64,000 bases of DNA, from the NCBI GenBank assembly GCA_964370245.1, contig CAYJIN010000002.1, forward strand, positions 841-64,840, read 5' to 3'. Positions 1 through 9,886 of the stretch are shown here, in pieces (position 1 is the first letter of the stretch; each line of letters begins with the position of its first letter). The notes under the pieces were generated by a model. It made no database searches. It was not told where the DNA came from and saw only the letters and a program-made list of their open reading frames with translations. The DNA is from an uncultured Desulfovibrionaceae bacterium (GTDB taxonomy: Bacteria; Desulfobacterota; Desulfovibrionia; Desulfovibrionales; Desulfovibrionaceae). A program made the position numbers and the translations under genes.

Positions 1-2530
1 TTTCAATTTTCGGTGGAAGATCTTTAACAACTTCTGCTTTTGTACGGCGTAAAATAAATGGTTTTACACGTGTGCGTAAATATTCAAGCGTTTCTTGATC
101 ACCCTCTTTAATAGGTTTGATAATACCACGCTGGAACGAGTGTTGCGAACCTAAGAAGCCAGGCATCAAGAATTCAAAGAGTGACCATAACTCGAATAAA
201 TTGTTCTCGATTGGCGTACCTGATAAGCAAAGACGAATCTTTGAATCAATTTGACGCACAGAACGAGCAGTTATTGTGTTAGGGTTTTTGATGTTTTGTG
301 CTTCATCAAGAATAATCGAGTTGAAAGAGAATTTTTCAAGCTCTTCCATATCACGACGCAATAAAGCATAAGTAGTGATAACAATGTCAGCATCGCCCAC
401 TTTTTTGAATATATTTTCACGCCTTGTTCCATAAACAATAACTCTTGTTAAATCAGGCACGAATTTTGATGCTTCCCTATCCCAGTTCGGCAAAACTGAA
501 GTTGGAACAACAATAAGGTTTGGTCCAGTTGCACCTGTATTTTTCATATGCTGAATAAATGCAAGTGTTTGAATTGTTTTACCAAGACCCATTTCATCGG
601 CAAGAATACCGCCAAAATTGTATTCACGCAAGAAGTTCATATAAGAAACACCTTGCAATTGGTAAGGACGTAAAGTTGCAGTAAGCCCCTCAGGCGTATC
701 AACAGCTTTTGCTTCAGTGAAGTTTTTAATATTTTCACGCAATGTATTCCAGAAAGGATCAACGTGCGTATTTGGTAAATCTTCAAGAATTGAATCAAGA
801 GTTGGCGCTTCAAATTGCTTGAATTGATGCTTAGGTGCTTTTGTAGGATCAAGACCTAACACTTTCAATTTATGTGCTAATTTTTCAAGCCATGATTCAG
901 GAAGTGAAGCATAAGAACCATCTTTTAATTGAACATAACGCTTGCCTTTAAGCCAAGCACGCCAAATTCTTTCAAGCGGCAAGCTTTGGCCATCATATTC
1001 AACTTCAATATCAAGTGAGAACCATTTCTCTTTCTCATTACTTTCAACAGTTGCAGAAATAATTGGAGTTGATTTATGAACTTTATTATAACGTGAAAGT
1101 GTTGCTTCACCAAACACGCGCCAACGTTCAATAAGTGTTTGATAGGAATCAAGTAAGAAAGCAATTGCTTCTTCTGGTTCCATAAACCAAAGCTTATTTG
1201 TTCTTGGCTGAAAGCGCATATCTGAAAGTTCTTGCAAGAGGGCTGCTTCTTCTTTTTGGTCACGTCTAATGAGGAAGGTTTTGCCTTCATAAACGTAAGA
1301 ACCTGTTTGGAAATCAGGGTTTGGCCCAATAAGATTAAACTCACCATGCACAGTTTCGTAAATATTTTGAATTTCAAGCGTAAGTAGTGAACCTTCTTCA
1401 TCAAGATAAAGTTTTGGGTTATAAGAAGCAGGTTGGAAAACAGGCTCCATGATACGCAAGAATTCATCTTGTTCATAAAGTTCTGAAGAAGGAAGACGCG
1501 TCCAAACCCTATCAAGAAATTCAGGAATGTCTTCTGAAGGAATAAGCGGAGGTGTATTCACAAGATTATGAATAATATTATGGCTTAAACATGTTTGCAC
1601 AGGATAAAGTGTATAATGCCAGCACACCCATAAAGGCATTTGCCCATGGAAGCTTACTTCTTCAAAAGGTTTTATTTCATCTTCGTCATATTCTTCAATG
1701 ATTGAAAAAGGATCTTTGCCTTCACGTTGCAAAAGAACATCAAATTTCAACCCTTCATCTTCCATAGATGGGCGAAGCTTGAGGCGCATTGTTGAATTTT
1801 CAATTCTAAATGGAATTTCAGTATCTTTCCAATAAAGGTAATATTCATTTCTCACAGTCCATAAAAACCATGATAAAAGGCCATTAGGAATTTCAACTTT
1901 ATGCCCACGATAATCAAGGTGATGCCCAATTAATGCAAGAATATGCGGTAAATCAGGTGATTGATCGCACCAATCAGGATTTTCTAAAATTTGATCAAGT
2001 GTAACTTCTTGTCTTACAGAAGATATACCTGTTTTATTTTGGCGAGCGCGGAAAAAAGCAACAGAAAGCCTTCCAATTTCAGGGAAAAATTGGAATAAAA
2101 GATAATGCTTTGAAGTTTCTGGTTCAAAATTGCCCGTGTAAAAAGACCTGAAGTCTTGGCGCCATTCGGTGCGAACTTTATCAGGAACAACTTCTGCAAT
2201 TTGCTTATGGCTTTCAAAAGTACTTACTAAGTGCAAAGCTAATGCAACTATGTGTTTGCAGCAATCGGTGAATGATTCCATGCAGTTACATGAATGTTCA
2301 ACACGGTTTTCAGCAAGATTCAGTGTCAAACTTGAAGAATAAGTTTGAAAATCTTCACCATTTAAATTTGCTTTTATCTTTAATAAATCGCCAACTGAAT
2401 CGATATCAACTTTACCAATAGAATGTTCACTCAATAAAAATCGTGCTGAGTCTCTGATATATTCTGGAACTGATTTGTCAAGAAAAGTCTGCAAAATATT
2501 CTTTGCTGCTGCTTCTTCTCTAGAGTTCAT
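1..2530 (-). CDS. SWIM zinc-finger + SNF2-family helicase (RapA/HepA-like); 3' end lies beyond the left edge
   Basis: Absent from the ORF track because the frame is open to position 1. My translation from ATG 2530..2528 gives MNSREEAAAKNILQTF..., a CxC..CxH SWIM motif (HSCNCMESFTDCCKH) and SNF2 motifs I and II (LADEMGLGKT, IILDEAQNIKN). Confidence 0.8.
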   Translation of the reverse strand, partial: MNSREEAAAKNILQTFLDKSVPEYIRDSARFLLSEHSIGKVDIDSVGDLLKIKANLNGEDFQTYSSSLTLNLAENRVEHSCNCMESFTDCCKHIVALALHLVSTFESHKQIAEVVPDKVRTEWRQDFRSFYTGNFEPETSKHYLLFQFFPEIGRLSVAFFRARQNKTGISSVRQEVTLDQILENPDWCDQSPDLPHILALIGHHLDYRGHKVEIPNGLLSWFLWTVRNEYYLYWKDTEIPFRIENSTMRLKLRPSMEDEGLKFDVLLQREGKDPFSIIEEYDEDEIKPFEEVSFHGQMPLWVCWHYTLYPVQTCLSHNIIHNLVNTPPLIPSEDIPEFLDRVWTRLPSSELYEQDEFLRIMEPVFQPASYNPKLYLDEEGSLLTLEIQNIYETVHGEFNLIGPNPDFQTGSYVYEGKTFLIRRDQKEEAALLQELSDMRFQPRTNKLWFMEPEEAIAFLLDSYQTLIERWRVFGEATLSRYNKVHKSTPIISATVESNEKEKWFSLDIEVEYDGQSLPLERIWRAWLKGKRYVQLKDGSYASLPESWLEKLAHKLKVLGLDPTKAPKHQFKQFEAPTLDSILEDLPNTHVDPFWNTLRENIKNFTEAKAVDTPEGLTATLRPYQLQGVSYMNFLREYNFGGILADEMGLGKTIQTLAFIQHMKNTGATGPNLIVVPTSVLPNWDREASKFVPDLTRVIVYGTRRENIFKKVGDADIVITTYALLRRDMEELEKFSFNSIILDEAQNIKNPNTITARSVRQIDSKIRLCLSGTPIENNLFELWSLFEFLMPGFLGSQHSFQRGIIKPIKEGDQETLEYLRTRVKPFILRRTKAEVVKDLPPKIE

Positions 2531-2687
2531 ATAAAACCTATAATTCCTATTAATGCTCTTTAATATTTATATTGATATTTTTAAAAAATATCCCTCTTAT
2601 TCATAATACATATAGCAAATTTTTATATTTGACAAGTCTTTTTTGTGAATTTTATGATTAAATTACAAACTTTATTATCTTTTCTTT

Positions 2688-3299
2688 CTAAGAACCTGAT
2701 TTATCATTGAGATTATATGCTCTACCAAGCGAAAAAGCTCTACCCTTGTTTTCACCAAGAGCTTTATACTCTTTCAAAATTGGTGAATATACTAAAGGCT
2801 TTATTCTGTCGGCTTTAAAATTCGAATATGCATCAAAAAACTCTTTGCGAACTTTGATGTCAATAACTTCGCCTAAAAAACAAATATGCGAACCAAGATC
2901 TTCAAAAGATCGTAAAGAAAGTTCAACAATAAAAGGACATTCACCTACATATGGTGCGTGCACATGCTCTGCTTCTAAAGCAGAATATTCGAGAAGATTG
3001 AATTTATCTTGCGTATTGCCAGACACAATGCCTGTAAAATCAAGTGCTTGTGCTTGTTCTTCCGAAGGAATAGAAAGAGTAAAAGATTTGTTTTGAACAA
3101 TGTTTTGATAGCTTTTACGTTCTTTTCTCACTGATACTGACATAATAGGTGGAAGTGAATTTACAATTCCAAACCATGCTACAGCCATTATATTGGGTTT
3201 AGAAGCATCATCATATGTGCCTAAAAATGCGATTGGTGTTGCTGGCAAAAGAGCCCCTGCACCTAATGTTATAAAGTCATTTTGATTTTTCAAAATCAT
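2688..3299 (-). CDS. flavin reductase-like / flavoredoxin family protein
   Basis: The ORF translation resembles FMN-binding split-barrel flavoredoxins (NIMAVAWFG, LSIPSEEQ). The start is moved to the internal ATG (MILKNQ), which follows an AAGGG RBS. Confidence 0.6.
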   Translation of the reverse strand: MILKNQNDFITLGAGALLPATPIAFLGTYDDASKPNIMAVAWFGIVNSLPPIMSVSVRKERKSYQNIVQNKSFTLSIPSEEQAQALDFTGIVSGNTQDKFNLLEYSALEAEHVHAPYVGECPFIVELSLRSFEDLGSHICFLGEVIDIKVRKEFFDAYSNFKADRIKPLVYSPILKEYKALGENKGRAFSLGRAYNLNDKSGS

Positions 3300-3405
3300 T
3301 CCCTTTATTTTAAAAAAGTATAATAACCCTTGAAACATTTCTATTTCAAGAATTATTATACAAATGTAGAATTTATCAAATTATATTTAATATAAATCTA
3401 TTATA

Positions 3406-4611
3406 TTATACTAAATCTTTTCTATAACCACGAATTCTTAATGATTGAAGGTGGATAAAACCTTCAGCATCGTGGTGGTTATAAGTTGCACATTCTTCAA
3501 AAGTTGCTAAGTCGTGGCAGTAAAGTGAATGTGGTGAAAAACGACCAACTGGGAATGCAGTACCTTTATAAAGCTTTAAGCGAACAGAGCCTGTTACTCT
3601 TTCTTGTGTTTTATCAATAAGAGCTTGCATAGCTTCTCTTTCTGGTGCAAACCAGAAGCCATTATAAATTGCAGTTGCATAACGTGGCATAATCATATCA
3701 CGAACAGCCATGCTTTCACGATCAAGGCAAATACCTTCTAAATCATGGTGCGCAACATGAAGAATTGTACCGCCAGGTGTTTCGTAAACACCACGTGCTT
3801 TCATGCCAACAAAGCGGTTTTCAACCATATCAAGACGACCAATGCCGTGTTTACCACCAACTTCATTCAAATGCTCAACGATTTGCGCTGGTGTCATACG
3901 AATTTCATTCACTGCAACAGCATCGCCTTTTTCAAAGTCAATTGTAATATATTCAGGAGTATCAGGAGCTTGCTCAACAGGAACAGCCATGATGTGTGAC
4001 TGTGCTTCTGGTTCTTCCCACGGATCTTCCAATTCGCCGCCCTCAAATGAGCAGTGAAGCATATTTCTATCCATACTATAATGTTTTGCACCAGATGTAA
4101 TTGGAATGCCGTGTTTTTCTGCAAATTCATTTAAAGCAGTTCTTGACATTAAATCCCATTCACGCCAAGGAGCGATACATTTAATTTCAGGCGCTAAAGC
4201 TGCAGCAGCAAGCTCAAAACGAACTTGATCATTACCTTTACCTGTTGCACCATGCGCAATAGCATCAGCATTTTCAGCTTTTGCAATTTCAATAAGTTTT
4301 TTTGAAATAAGCGGACGCGCAATTGATGTTCCTAAAAGGTAACGCCCTTCGTAAAGAGCATTTGAACGCATCATAGGAAAGATAAAGTCTTTTGCAAATT
4401 CTTCACGCAAATCTGAAACATAAGCTTTTGTTGCGCCAGTTTTCAATGCTTTTGGTTCAACACCGTCAAGATCATCACCTTGACCTAAATCAGCAGTGAA
4501 AGTAATTACTTCACAGCCATATTTTTCCATAAGCCATTTTAAAATTACTGAGGTATCTAACCCACCTGAATAAGCAAGAACAACTTTTTTAATACTTTTG
4601 TTAGCCATCAT
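3406..4611 (-). CDS. argG: argininosuccinate synthase
   Basis: 401-aa ORF with the N-terminal ATP pyrophosphatase motif [11 protein letters not shown] and full-length ArgG-like sequence. An AAGGA RBS precedes the tandem ATGs. Confidence 0.93.
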   Translation of the reverse strand: MMANKSIKKVVLAYSGGLDTSVILKWLMEKYGCEVITFTADLGQGDDLDGVEPKALKTGATKAYVSDLREEFAKDFIFPMMRSNALYEGRYLLGTSIARPLISKKLIEIAKAENADAIAHGATGKGNDQVRFELAAAALAPEIKCIAPWREWDLMSRTALNEFAEKHGIPITSGAKHYSMDRNMLHCSFEGGELEDPWEEPEAQSHIMAVPVEQAPDTPEYITIDFEKGDAVAVNEIRMTPAQIVEHLNEVGGKHGIGRLDMVENRFVGMKARGVYETPGGTILHVAHHDLEGICLDRESMAVRDMIMPRYATAIYNGFWFAPEREAMQALIDKTQERVTGSVRLKLYKGTAFPVGRFSPHSLYCHDLATFEECATYNHHDAEGFIHLQSLRIRGYRKDLV

Positions 4612-4628
4612 TATTCCTTATCAAATTT

Positions 4629-5525
4629 CTACTTTAAATTTTTAATATAATTCATAGTTGCAATACGTGTGAATATACTTACTTTCTGATAAAGGTCAAT
4701 ATCAATTTCACTTGAAGGAATTTCAGGAATAAGTGAAATGATTTGAGTATCTTTTGTAAATTTTTCATGTATAGCTGAAAAAGTAAATGGATGCGCTGGT
4801 GTAGCAAAATTTCCACTTTCTTTATATGACCATTTTGTAAGATAAAGAACATCAGCAGTTTCTTCAATAAAAATAGGGTCATGTGTTAAAAACACTTTAG
4901 AGCCAGCTTGCATTGAAAAATCTAATGATCTTTTTTCGGGTGAACATTCAATATTTTTTGCCTCATTTTGCGGAAATGCCAATGCAAGTTCATGTTGTAA
5001 GCAAATAGTTGAATTTAAATAGGAAGTTGCATAGTTGTTATATGCTGAACCAGCATCACCCATCCAAGACATTTTCAATTTATATAAATCTTTTCCTGTT
5101 CTTTTTGCAGTATAAACAAAATTGCTAAACATTGCTAAAGCATAAGGTGAAAGATAATCATCCTCTAATGATTGAGCAATAAGGATTTTACCTTGTAACT
5201 CTTGGTCGATTTTAGCAATTTGCTCTTCATCAGCTAAAAGCGCATCATCAATAATAACAACACGAGCATCAAGAATTTTATCAAGTTCATCTAATGATGT
5301 AAAATAGGAAAATTCACATTTTAAAGTATCAGCAACTTCTTTCCAAATTGCGAATTGATTTTGTGCTTTTTCAGGATTTGTTGTAAGGAAAACAATTTTA
5401 TAGCCACATTCTTGAATTGCATTTTCAACTTCATTGTTAGTGCTATTAATCATATTTAAGGCTGAGAGTATAATTTCTTTAGCGCCTTGACAACCCCAAT
5501 CACGAAAGTGTATAAGTTTATGCAT
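4629..5525 (-). CDS. transcarbamylase-fold protein lacking the catalytic motifs (degenerate OTCase paralog)
   Basis: Colinear by eye with the genuine ArgF at 26501..27499 (SWMGDAGSAYNNYATSYL vs [16 protein letters not shown]). STRTR is replaced by NPEKA, HPTQ by LSPY and HCLP by SLIP. The start is set at the ATG after a GAGGA RBS. Confidence 0.55.
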   Translation of the reverse strand: MHKLIHFRDWGCQGAKEIILSALNMINSTNNEVENAIQECGYKIVFLTTNPEKAQNQFAIWKEVADTLKCEFSYFTSLDELDKILDARVVIIDDALLADEEQIAKIDQELQGKILIAQSLEDDYLSPYALAMFSNFVYTAKRTGKDLYKLKMSWMGDAGSAYNNYATSYLNSTICLQHELALAFPQNEAKNIECSPEKRSLDFSMQAGSKVFLTHDPIFIEETADVLYLTKWSYKESGNFATPAHPFTFSAIHEKFTKDTQIISLIPEIPSSEIDIDLYQKVSIFTRIATMNYIKNLK

Positions 5526-5594
5526 ACTTTTCCTCACAAATAAAATAAATAATTATATTTATAAACATTAATCACAAATAAAGTCAATTTTAAT

Positions 5595-6386
5595 ATGCAA
5601 GAAAAAAGAGTCTATACCGAGACAAATCGTCTCTATCGTTCAAATACGAGTGTGCAAGAAAATGAACAGCAAATTCAACTTGTGATTGAGGAAAGTGATC
5701 TACTTATTACACTGACAAATGCAATTTCAAAAAAAGAGATACTCCCCTTTATTCAAAAAGAACTTTTATCTCTCAGGCATGAATTGAAAGCATATACGCA
5801 GTTTTATCCTGAATTTCAATCATCGCTCACAAGCTTAGATAAAAATACGCACACAATTTCAAATAAAGCGCAGATAATACAAGAAATGCTCAAAGCTTCA
5901 GCTATAACAGACATTGGACCTTTTGCATCTGTTGCGGGCTGTGTTTCTCATTTACTTGCAAAAAAAATTTCAGAATATTTAGAGCAAGAGGGTTATCCTT
6001 CGGATGTGCTTATTGAAAATGGCGGCGATCTTTATATAATATCAAGTAAAGTTCGTATCGTTGCAATTTTAGATAAACCTGAGCAAGAATTGAAAATTGG
6101 TTTGGAAATTCAACCAACTACGGGGCTTGCACTTTGTGCTTCTTCTTCTGTTATTGGGCATTCATTGAGCTTTGGTAATGCTGAATTATCGCTTATAATT
6201 GCTGAAAATGGTGCTTTAGCAGATTCAATGGCAACAAAAACATGCAACATGCTAAAATCAAAGAATGATTTCAATACTGTGTTAGAGTATTTCAAAGAAA
6301 TACAACCATTAGGATTAAATGCAATTTTTGCTTCTTGCGATAGTGAATTTTTAGCTTTTGGGGATCTGAAATTAGTTGCTTTATAA
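5595..6386 (+). CDS. UPF0280 / ApbE-like family protein
   Basis: 263-aa ORF with ENGGDLYI and GHSLSFGNAE blocks, as I remember them for the UPF0280 family. No obvious RBS. Confidence 0.5.
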   Translation: MQEKRVYTETNRLYRSNTSVQENEQQIQLVIEESDLLITLTNAISKKEILPFIQKELLSLRHELKAYTQFYPEFQSSLTSLDKNTHTISNKAQIIQEMLKASAITDIGPFASVAGCVSHLLAKKISEYLEQEGYPSDVLIENGGDLYIISSKVRIVAILDKPEQELKIGLEIQPTTGLALCASSSVIGHSLSFGNAELSLIIAENGALADSMATKTCNMLKSKNDFNTVLEYFKEIQPLGLNAIFASCDSEFLAFGDLKLVAL

Positions 6387-6430
6387 TTTGAACGCACACA
6401 AACAATTATAAATACATAATTTAAATGAAA

Positions 6431-6460
6431 AAGGACGACTATAAAAATCGTCCTTATTTT
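6431..6460. terminator. hairpin terminator between convergent genes
   Basis: AAGGACGA (6431-6438) pairs with TCGTCCTT (6448-6455), followed by ATTTT. Confidence 0.6.
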
Positions 6461-6479
6461 ATAACATTTGAAATTGAAA

Positions 6480-7211
6480 TTATACATATACATCAACTGA
6501 TTCTTGCCCAGAGCCAGATGAAGATGTTGAAGCAGACGAGGAAGTGCTTTGCACAGCTTGTGCAGTTTCGGTTGAAGAACTTGTTTCAACAGGTTTTGTA
6601 GTGTTAGCACTAGTAGTATTAACAGTCGTTTGCCCTTGGTTTGCTTGTGATGCTGCCGCTGCTTGTTGAGGTGCAGTGCTAGTATCTGTTGGAGCAGTTG
6701 CTGCTGCCATTCTTTCTTCTTGAAGTTGTGCGCTTTCTTCTTTACGTTCAGCTTGTGCATTTTCTTGAGCTTCAACAACTTTTTCTTCAATTTGATCTTG
6801 CAATGCATTGAGAACATCTTCATTTGATGACATTGCATTACTTGCAGCTGATACACTTGCTGCCGCAGCAGAACCAAAACTCGCTTCTGCTTGCTTGAAG
6901 TTAGAAGTTTGTGTTACGTCAGTTGTGAGCGCATTCTTATTATAAATTGGATCAATATTGGAAAGTGATGTTGTAAAAGTGTTGCTTTTTTCTTCTTCTG
7001 GCATCATTGAAGAAAGAACTACAACTGCAGCATCTTGAATTTCTTGGACTTCTTCTTTAGTTTTGCGTGAATAATCAATAGTGCCATTTGCATCTTGCGC
7101 ATTTGCAAGCGTCATTTCAGCTCTTTGCAAAGAATTTTCATTCATGCTTTCACTGGTAGTAATATTGAATGATGGAAGAGAACTTGAACCCATACTTACA
7201 GGAGAAATCAT
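6480..7211 (-). CDS. hypothetical low-complexity (S/T/A/Q-rich) protein, no signal peptide
   Basis: ORF with a GAGGAGG RBS 5 nt before ATG 7211. The open frame is long for an AT-rich genome. The composition looks disordered and I recognise no family. Confidence 0.6.
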   Translation of the reverse strand: MISPVSMGSSSLPSFNITTSESMNENSLQRAEMTLANAQDANGTIDYSRKTKEEVQEIQDAAVVVLSSMMPEEEKSNTFTTSLSNIDPIYNKNALTTDVTQTSNFKQAEASFGSAAAASVSAASNAMSSNEDVLNALQDQIEEKVVEAQENAQAERKEESAQLQEERMAAATAPTDTSTAPQQAAAASQANQGQTTVNTTSANTTKPVETSSSTETAQAVQSTSSSASTSSSGSGQESVDVYV

Positions 7212-7271
7212 AAACACCTCCTCAAAAATTGAAGAATTTAATAATTTTTACAAATTTTCATCTCAATCTAT

Positions 7272-7298
7272 GTATCGGCGAATAATTTAAAAGATATA
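7272..7298 (-). promoter_or_regulatory. sigma28 (FliA)-type promoter candidate
   Basis: The minus strand reads TATATCTT-N11-GCCGATAC, compared with the consensus TAAAGTTT-N11-GCCGATAA. It lies about 60 nt upstream of ATG 7211. Confidence 0.5.
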
Positions 7299-7326
7299 GG
7301 GTAATTCTAAGTTTTTCTATTTTAAA

Positions 7327-7369
7327 CAAAAAAAAGTAAAGCCTTACAACATACATTGTAAGGCTTTAC
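7327..7369 (-). terminator. rho-independent terminator after the tRNA
   Basis: 14-bp stem GTAAAGCCTTACAA / TTGTAAGGCTTTAC (7336-7349 and 7356-7369), followed on the minus strand by a T8 run. Confidence 0.85.
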
Positions 7370-7381
7370 ATTATTTTAATT

Positions 7382-7458
7382 TGGTAGCAAGAGTGAGATT
7401 TGAACTTACGACCCCACGGGTATGAACCGTGTGCTCTAACCAACTGAGCTATCTTGCC
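7382..7458 (-). tRNA. tRNA with CAU anticodon (elongator Met; lysidine-modified Ile2 not excluded)
   Basis: Hand-folded 77-nt cloverleaf. Acceptor stem GGCAAGA/TCTTGCT, D arm GCTC-AGTTGGTTA-GAGC, anticodon arm CACGG-TTCATAC-CCGTG, T loop TTCAAAT, encoded CCA. There is one A-C mismatch in the T stem. Confidence 0.85.
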
Positions 7459-7735
7459 ACATGGCTTTTGTTATCGCCAAAGAATATGTATAACAAGTGG
7501 AAATCTTTTGCAAGCTTTTTTTTGAGTTTTTTTAAACTTTTTTTTAAACTTACTGATAATGAGCAAAATCAACTATCATACTCTATCAAAAAGTGCTTTT
7601 TTTAGGCAAATTTTGAAGCTCTATTCAATTACCCCACTCAACTTGCATAAAAGAGGTAAAAGAAAATAAATAAATTACTTGAAATTTATTCTAGTTTTTT
7701 TAAAATTATGCTCAGTTAAAACTGAGTTTTGGAAA

Positions 7736-8104
7736 TTATTGAACAATACCTTTAGAATCTTGCCATAAGCTTTCTAAATCATACAATCTTCTTGATTCAT
7801 CTTGGAAAATATGCACAACAACATCATTCATATCAACTAAAATCCATTGTGCACTTTCATACCCTTCAGTATGTAAAAATTCAAGATTTTCCTTTTTAGC
7901 AGTTTCAGCTAATTTATCAGCCAAAGCTTTTGCATGACGTAAGCTACCAGCAGTAAGAACGATAACCATGTCAGTCATTTGAGAAAATTTTCTTATGTCT
8001 ATCACAGTCATATCTTGTGCTTTTTGTTCTTGTAAAAGCGATTGTAGAAGTGTTATTTTTTCTTCTGTAGAGATAGTTGAATAAACATGTTTTTTTGCTT
8101 GCAT
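7736..8104 (-). CDS. rsfS: ribosome silencing factor RsfS (iojap-like)
   Basis: 122-aa ORF with the typical RsfS core (DMVIVLTAGSLRHAKALAD, WILVDMNDVVVHIF) and an AAGGAA RBS. Confidence 0.85.
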   Translation of the reverse strand: MQAKKHVYSTISTEEKITLLQSLLQEQKAQDMTVIDIRKFSQMTDMVIVLTAGSLRHAKALADKLAETAKKENLEFLHTEGYESAQWILVDMNDVVVHIFQDESRRLYDLESLWQDSKGIVQ

Positions 8105-8233
8105 TTGTATTCCTTTTCGTCTTTTACATTTTTAGTTATTGCAAAAGTAACTGATTGACAATATACGCAGAATTTTTATAAAGTCAAATTTTTATAATTG
8201 TATGTTAATTTAGATAATTAGAAAGCAGATTTT

Positions 8234-9001
8234 TTATAATGTTGCACAATCAATTGTTGAACCATTTAATTTATCTAAAGTATGTGGTAAGGCAGGCATA
8301 ATAACTTCAAGATTTTCACGCACAGCTTTTGGGCTGCCCTGTAAAGCAACAATAAATGTTTTTTCAATTGTTCCAACAAATGCACGTGAAATAAGCGCAT
8401 TAGGAGTTTTTTGAAAACTTGCAGCCATCATCGCTTGCTCAAAACCATGGAAACGACGTGTGAGAAGTGGAATAATCGCTTCAGGAGTTAAATCAGTGGG
8501 CGCAATGCCAGTTCCGCCAGTTGTAATTATGATATCATATTGATTTTCAAGCGCAAGTTTGCTTACTAAAGCTTTTAATCTTGTTGGATTATCAGGAAGC
8601 ATATAATGATTAATAAATGAAAGTGGTAAAGCTTGTTGCATAATTTGATGAATAAGCTCGCCACTGGTGTCTTCTCTATTTCCTTGATAACCTTTATCAG
8701 AAAGTGTAACAATTGCAAGTGAATAGCCTTCTTTCACAGGTGAAAGAGAGAAAAGCTCATCTTTTTCAATTTCAACTAAATTCTTTAATAAAGGTAGTGA
8801 ATAAGTATGCTTACTTGCTGAAACATCTTTACAGTCAATCACTTGAAATATTTTAGTTTCACCTTTTGTAAGAAATGTTCCTACTGGAATTTGCATATTT
8901 CTTTCAGAAGTGTGCCCTTCTAGATTTAAATCAGCTAAGGAAAGAGGTAAAAGAGCGTTTTTAGTGCTTTGTTTAACTTTTATTTCAAGTGTATTATTCA
9001 T
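8234..9001 (-). CDS. MogA/MoaB-type molybdenum cofactor biosynthesis domain protein with about 90-aa N-terminal extension
   Basis: The C-terminal 160 aa carry the MoaB/Mog signature (LSDKGYQG..., IIITTGGTGIAPTD). The start is set at the ATG after an AAGGA RBS. Confidence 0.7.
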   Translation of the reverse strand: MNNTLEIKVKQSTKNALLPLSLADLNLEGHTSERNMQIPVGTFLTKGETKIFQVIDCKDVSASKHTYSLPLLKNLVEIEKDELFSLSPVKEGYSLAIVTLSDKGYQGNREDTSGELIHQIMQQALPLSFINHYMLPDNPTRLKALVSKLALENQYDIIITTGGTGIAPTDLTPEAIIPLLTRRFHGFEQAMMAASFQKTPNALISRAFVGTIEKTFIVALQGSPKAVRENLEVIMPALPHTLDKLNGSTIDCATL

Positions 9002-9034
9002 AAACAAATCCTTTCTATCTTAATGAATTTATTC

Positions 9035-9856
9035 TTATTTTGAAATTGTTTTATGGTGCGAAGTAACCACAGCAAATGCATTATGCGGGTGAATTGATTC
9101 AAAACTCTCTGCTTCAATATGATAAGAAGTTATATCAGAAAGATTATCTAACTTTTGAGCAAGCGAACGAACAACATCTTCAACAAAGTGTGGATTATCG
9201 TAAGCATTTTCAGTAAGTTCTTTTTCGTCTAGCCTTTTTACCAATGTATAAATTGGAGCTGAACCGCTTTGATTTGCTAATTCGATAAAATCTTCAATCC
9301 AATTAAATTTTACCATTTCAACTTTTAAGTTGATTACTGTTCTTTGCCCATGCGCGCCACCTTTTGAAATAGCTTTGGAACAAGGGCATACTGTTGTAAC
9401 AGGCACTTGAATTTCTAAAACAAAATGAGTTTCATTTTCTGCATTTCTTTCGCCAATAAAAGCGCATTGATATGCAACAGGTGCAACAGCTTTTGAAATT
9501 GGTGCTTCACGCATAGTAAAATATGGAAATGAAAATTTTATATATGATGAAAATGCTTGAAGTTTTACTCTAACTTCTTCAAGTAAAAGTTTAAGGCTTG
9601 CGTAATCTAAACCTTCTGGGTTTTTCTCACGCCAACTTTCAAGCGATTCAATAAACCTACTCATGTGCGTACCTTTAAATTCTGCAGGCAAGTCAACCGC
9701 CATATCAACTTCAGCTACGGTGTGTTGCTTGCCTTGAATTTTATCACGCACAACAAGAGGAATTTGAACTTTTTTTACCCCTACTCTTTCGATAGGAATA
9801 GCAATTTCAGATTTATTACTTTGAATATCTAACAATTCATTCTTATTGGCTTGCAT
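9035..9856 (-). CDS. folE2: GTP cyclohydrolase I type 2 (FolE2/MptA family)
   Basis: 273-aa ORF with HMSRF and CPCSKAISKGGAHGQRT motifs characteristic of FolE2. Confidence 0.85.
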   Translation of the reverse strand: MQANKNELLDIQSNKSEIAIPIERVGVKKVQIPLVVRDKIQGKQHTVAEVDMAVDLPAEFKGTHMSRFIESLESWREKNPEGLDYASLKLLLEEVRVKLQAFSSYIKFSFPYFTMREAPISKAVAPVAYQCAFIGERNAENETHFVLEIQVPVTTVCPCSKAISKGGAHGQRTVINLKVEMVKFNWIEDFIELANQSGSAPIYTLVKRLDEKELTENAYDNPHFVEDVVRSLAQKLDNLSDITSYHIEAESFESIHPHNAFAVVTSHHKTISK

Positions 9857-9886
9857 ATTTTCCTTTTACTTTTACTATAAATCTAA

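Noticed and set aside
2707-3096. 129-aa plus-strand ORF antisense to the flavoredoxin-like gene
   Set aside because: It is fully contained in a gene with clear family similarity on the other strand. It has no RBS, and its composition is typical of an antisense frame.
6110-6877. 255-aa minus-strand ORF in the track, spanning the end of the UPF0280-like gene and part of the 6480..7211 gene
   Set aside because: It overlaps two better-supported genes in other frames, and its translation is K/L/Q-rich with no motif. It is an alternative-frame artefact of the low-complexity region.
7382-7458. Possibility that the tRNA is a pseudogene because of an A-C mismatch in the T stem
   Set aside because: All other stems, the conserved D and T loop nucleotides, the encoded CCA and a strong downstream terminator are intact. 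A single mismatch is tolerated in functional tRNAs.
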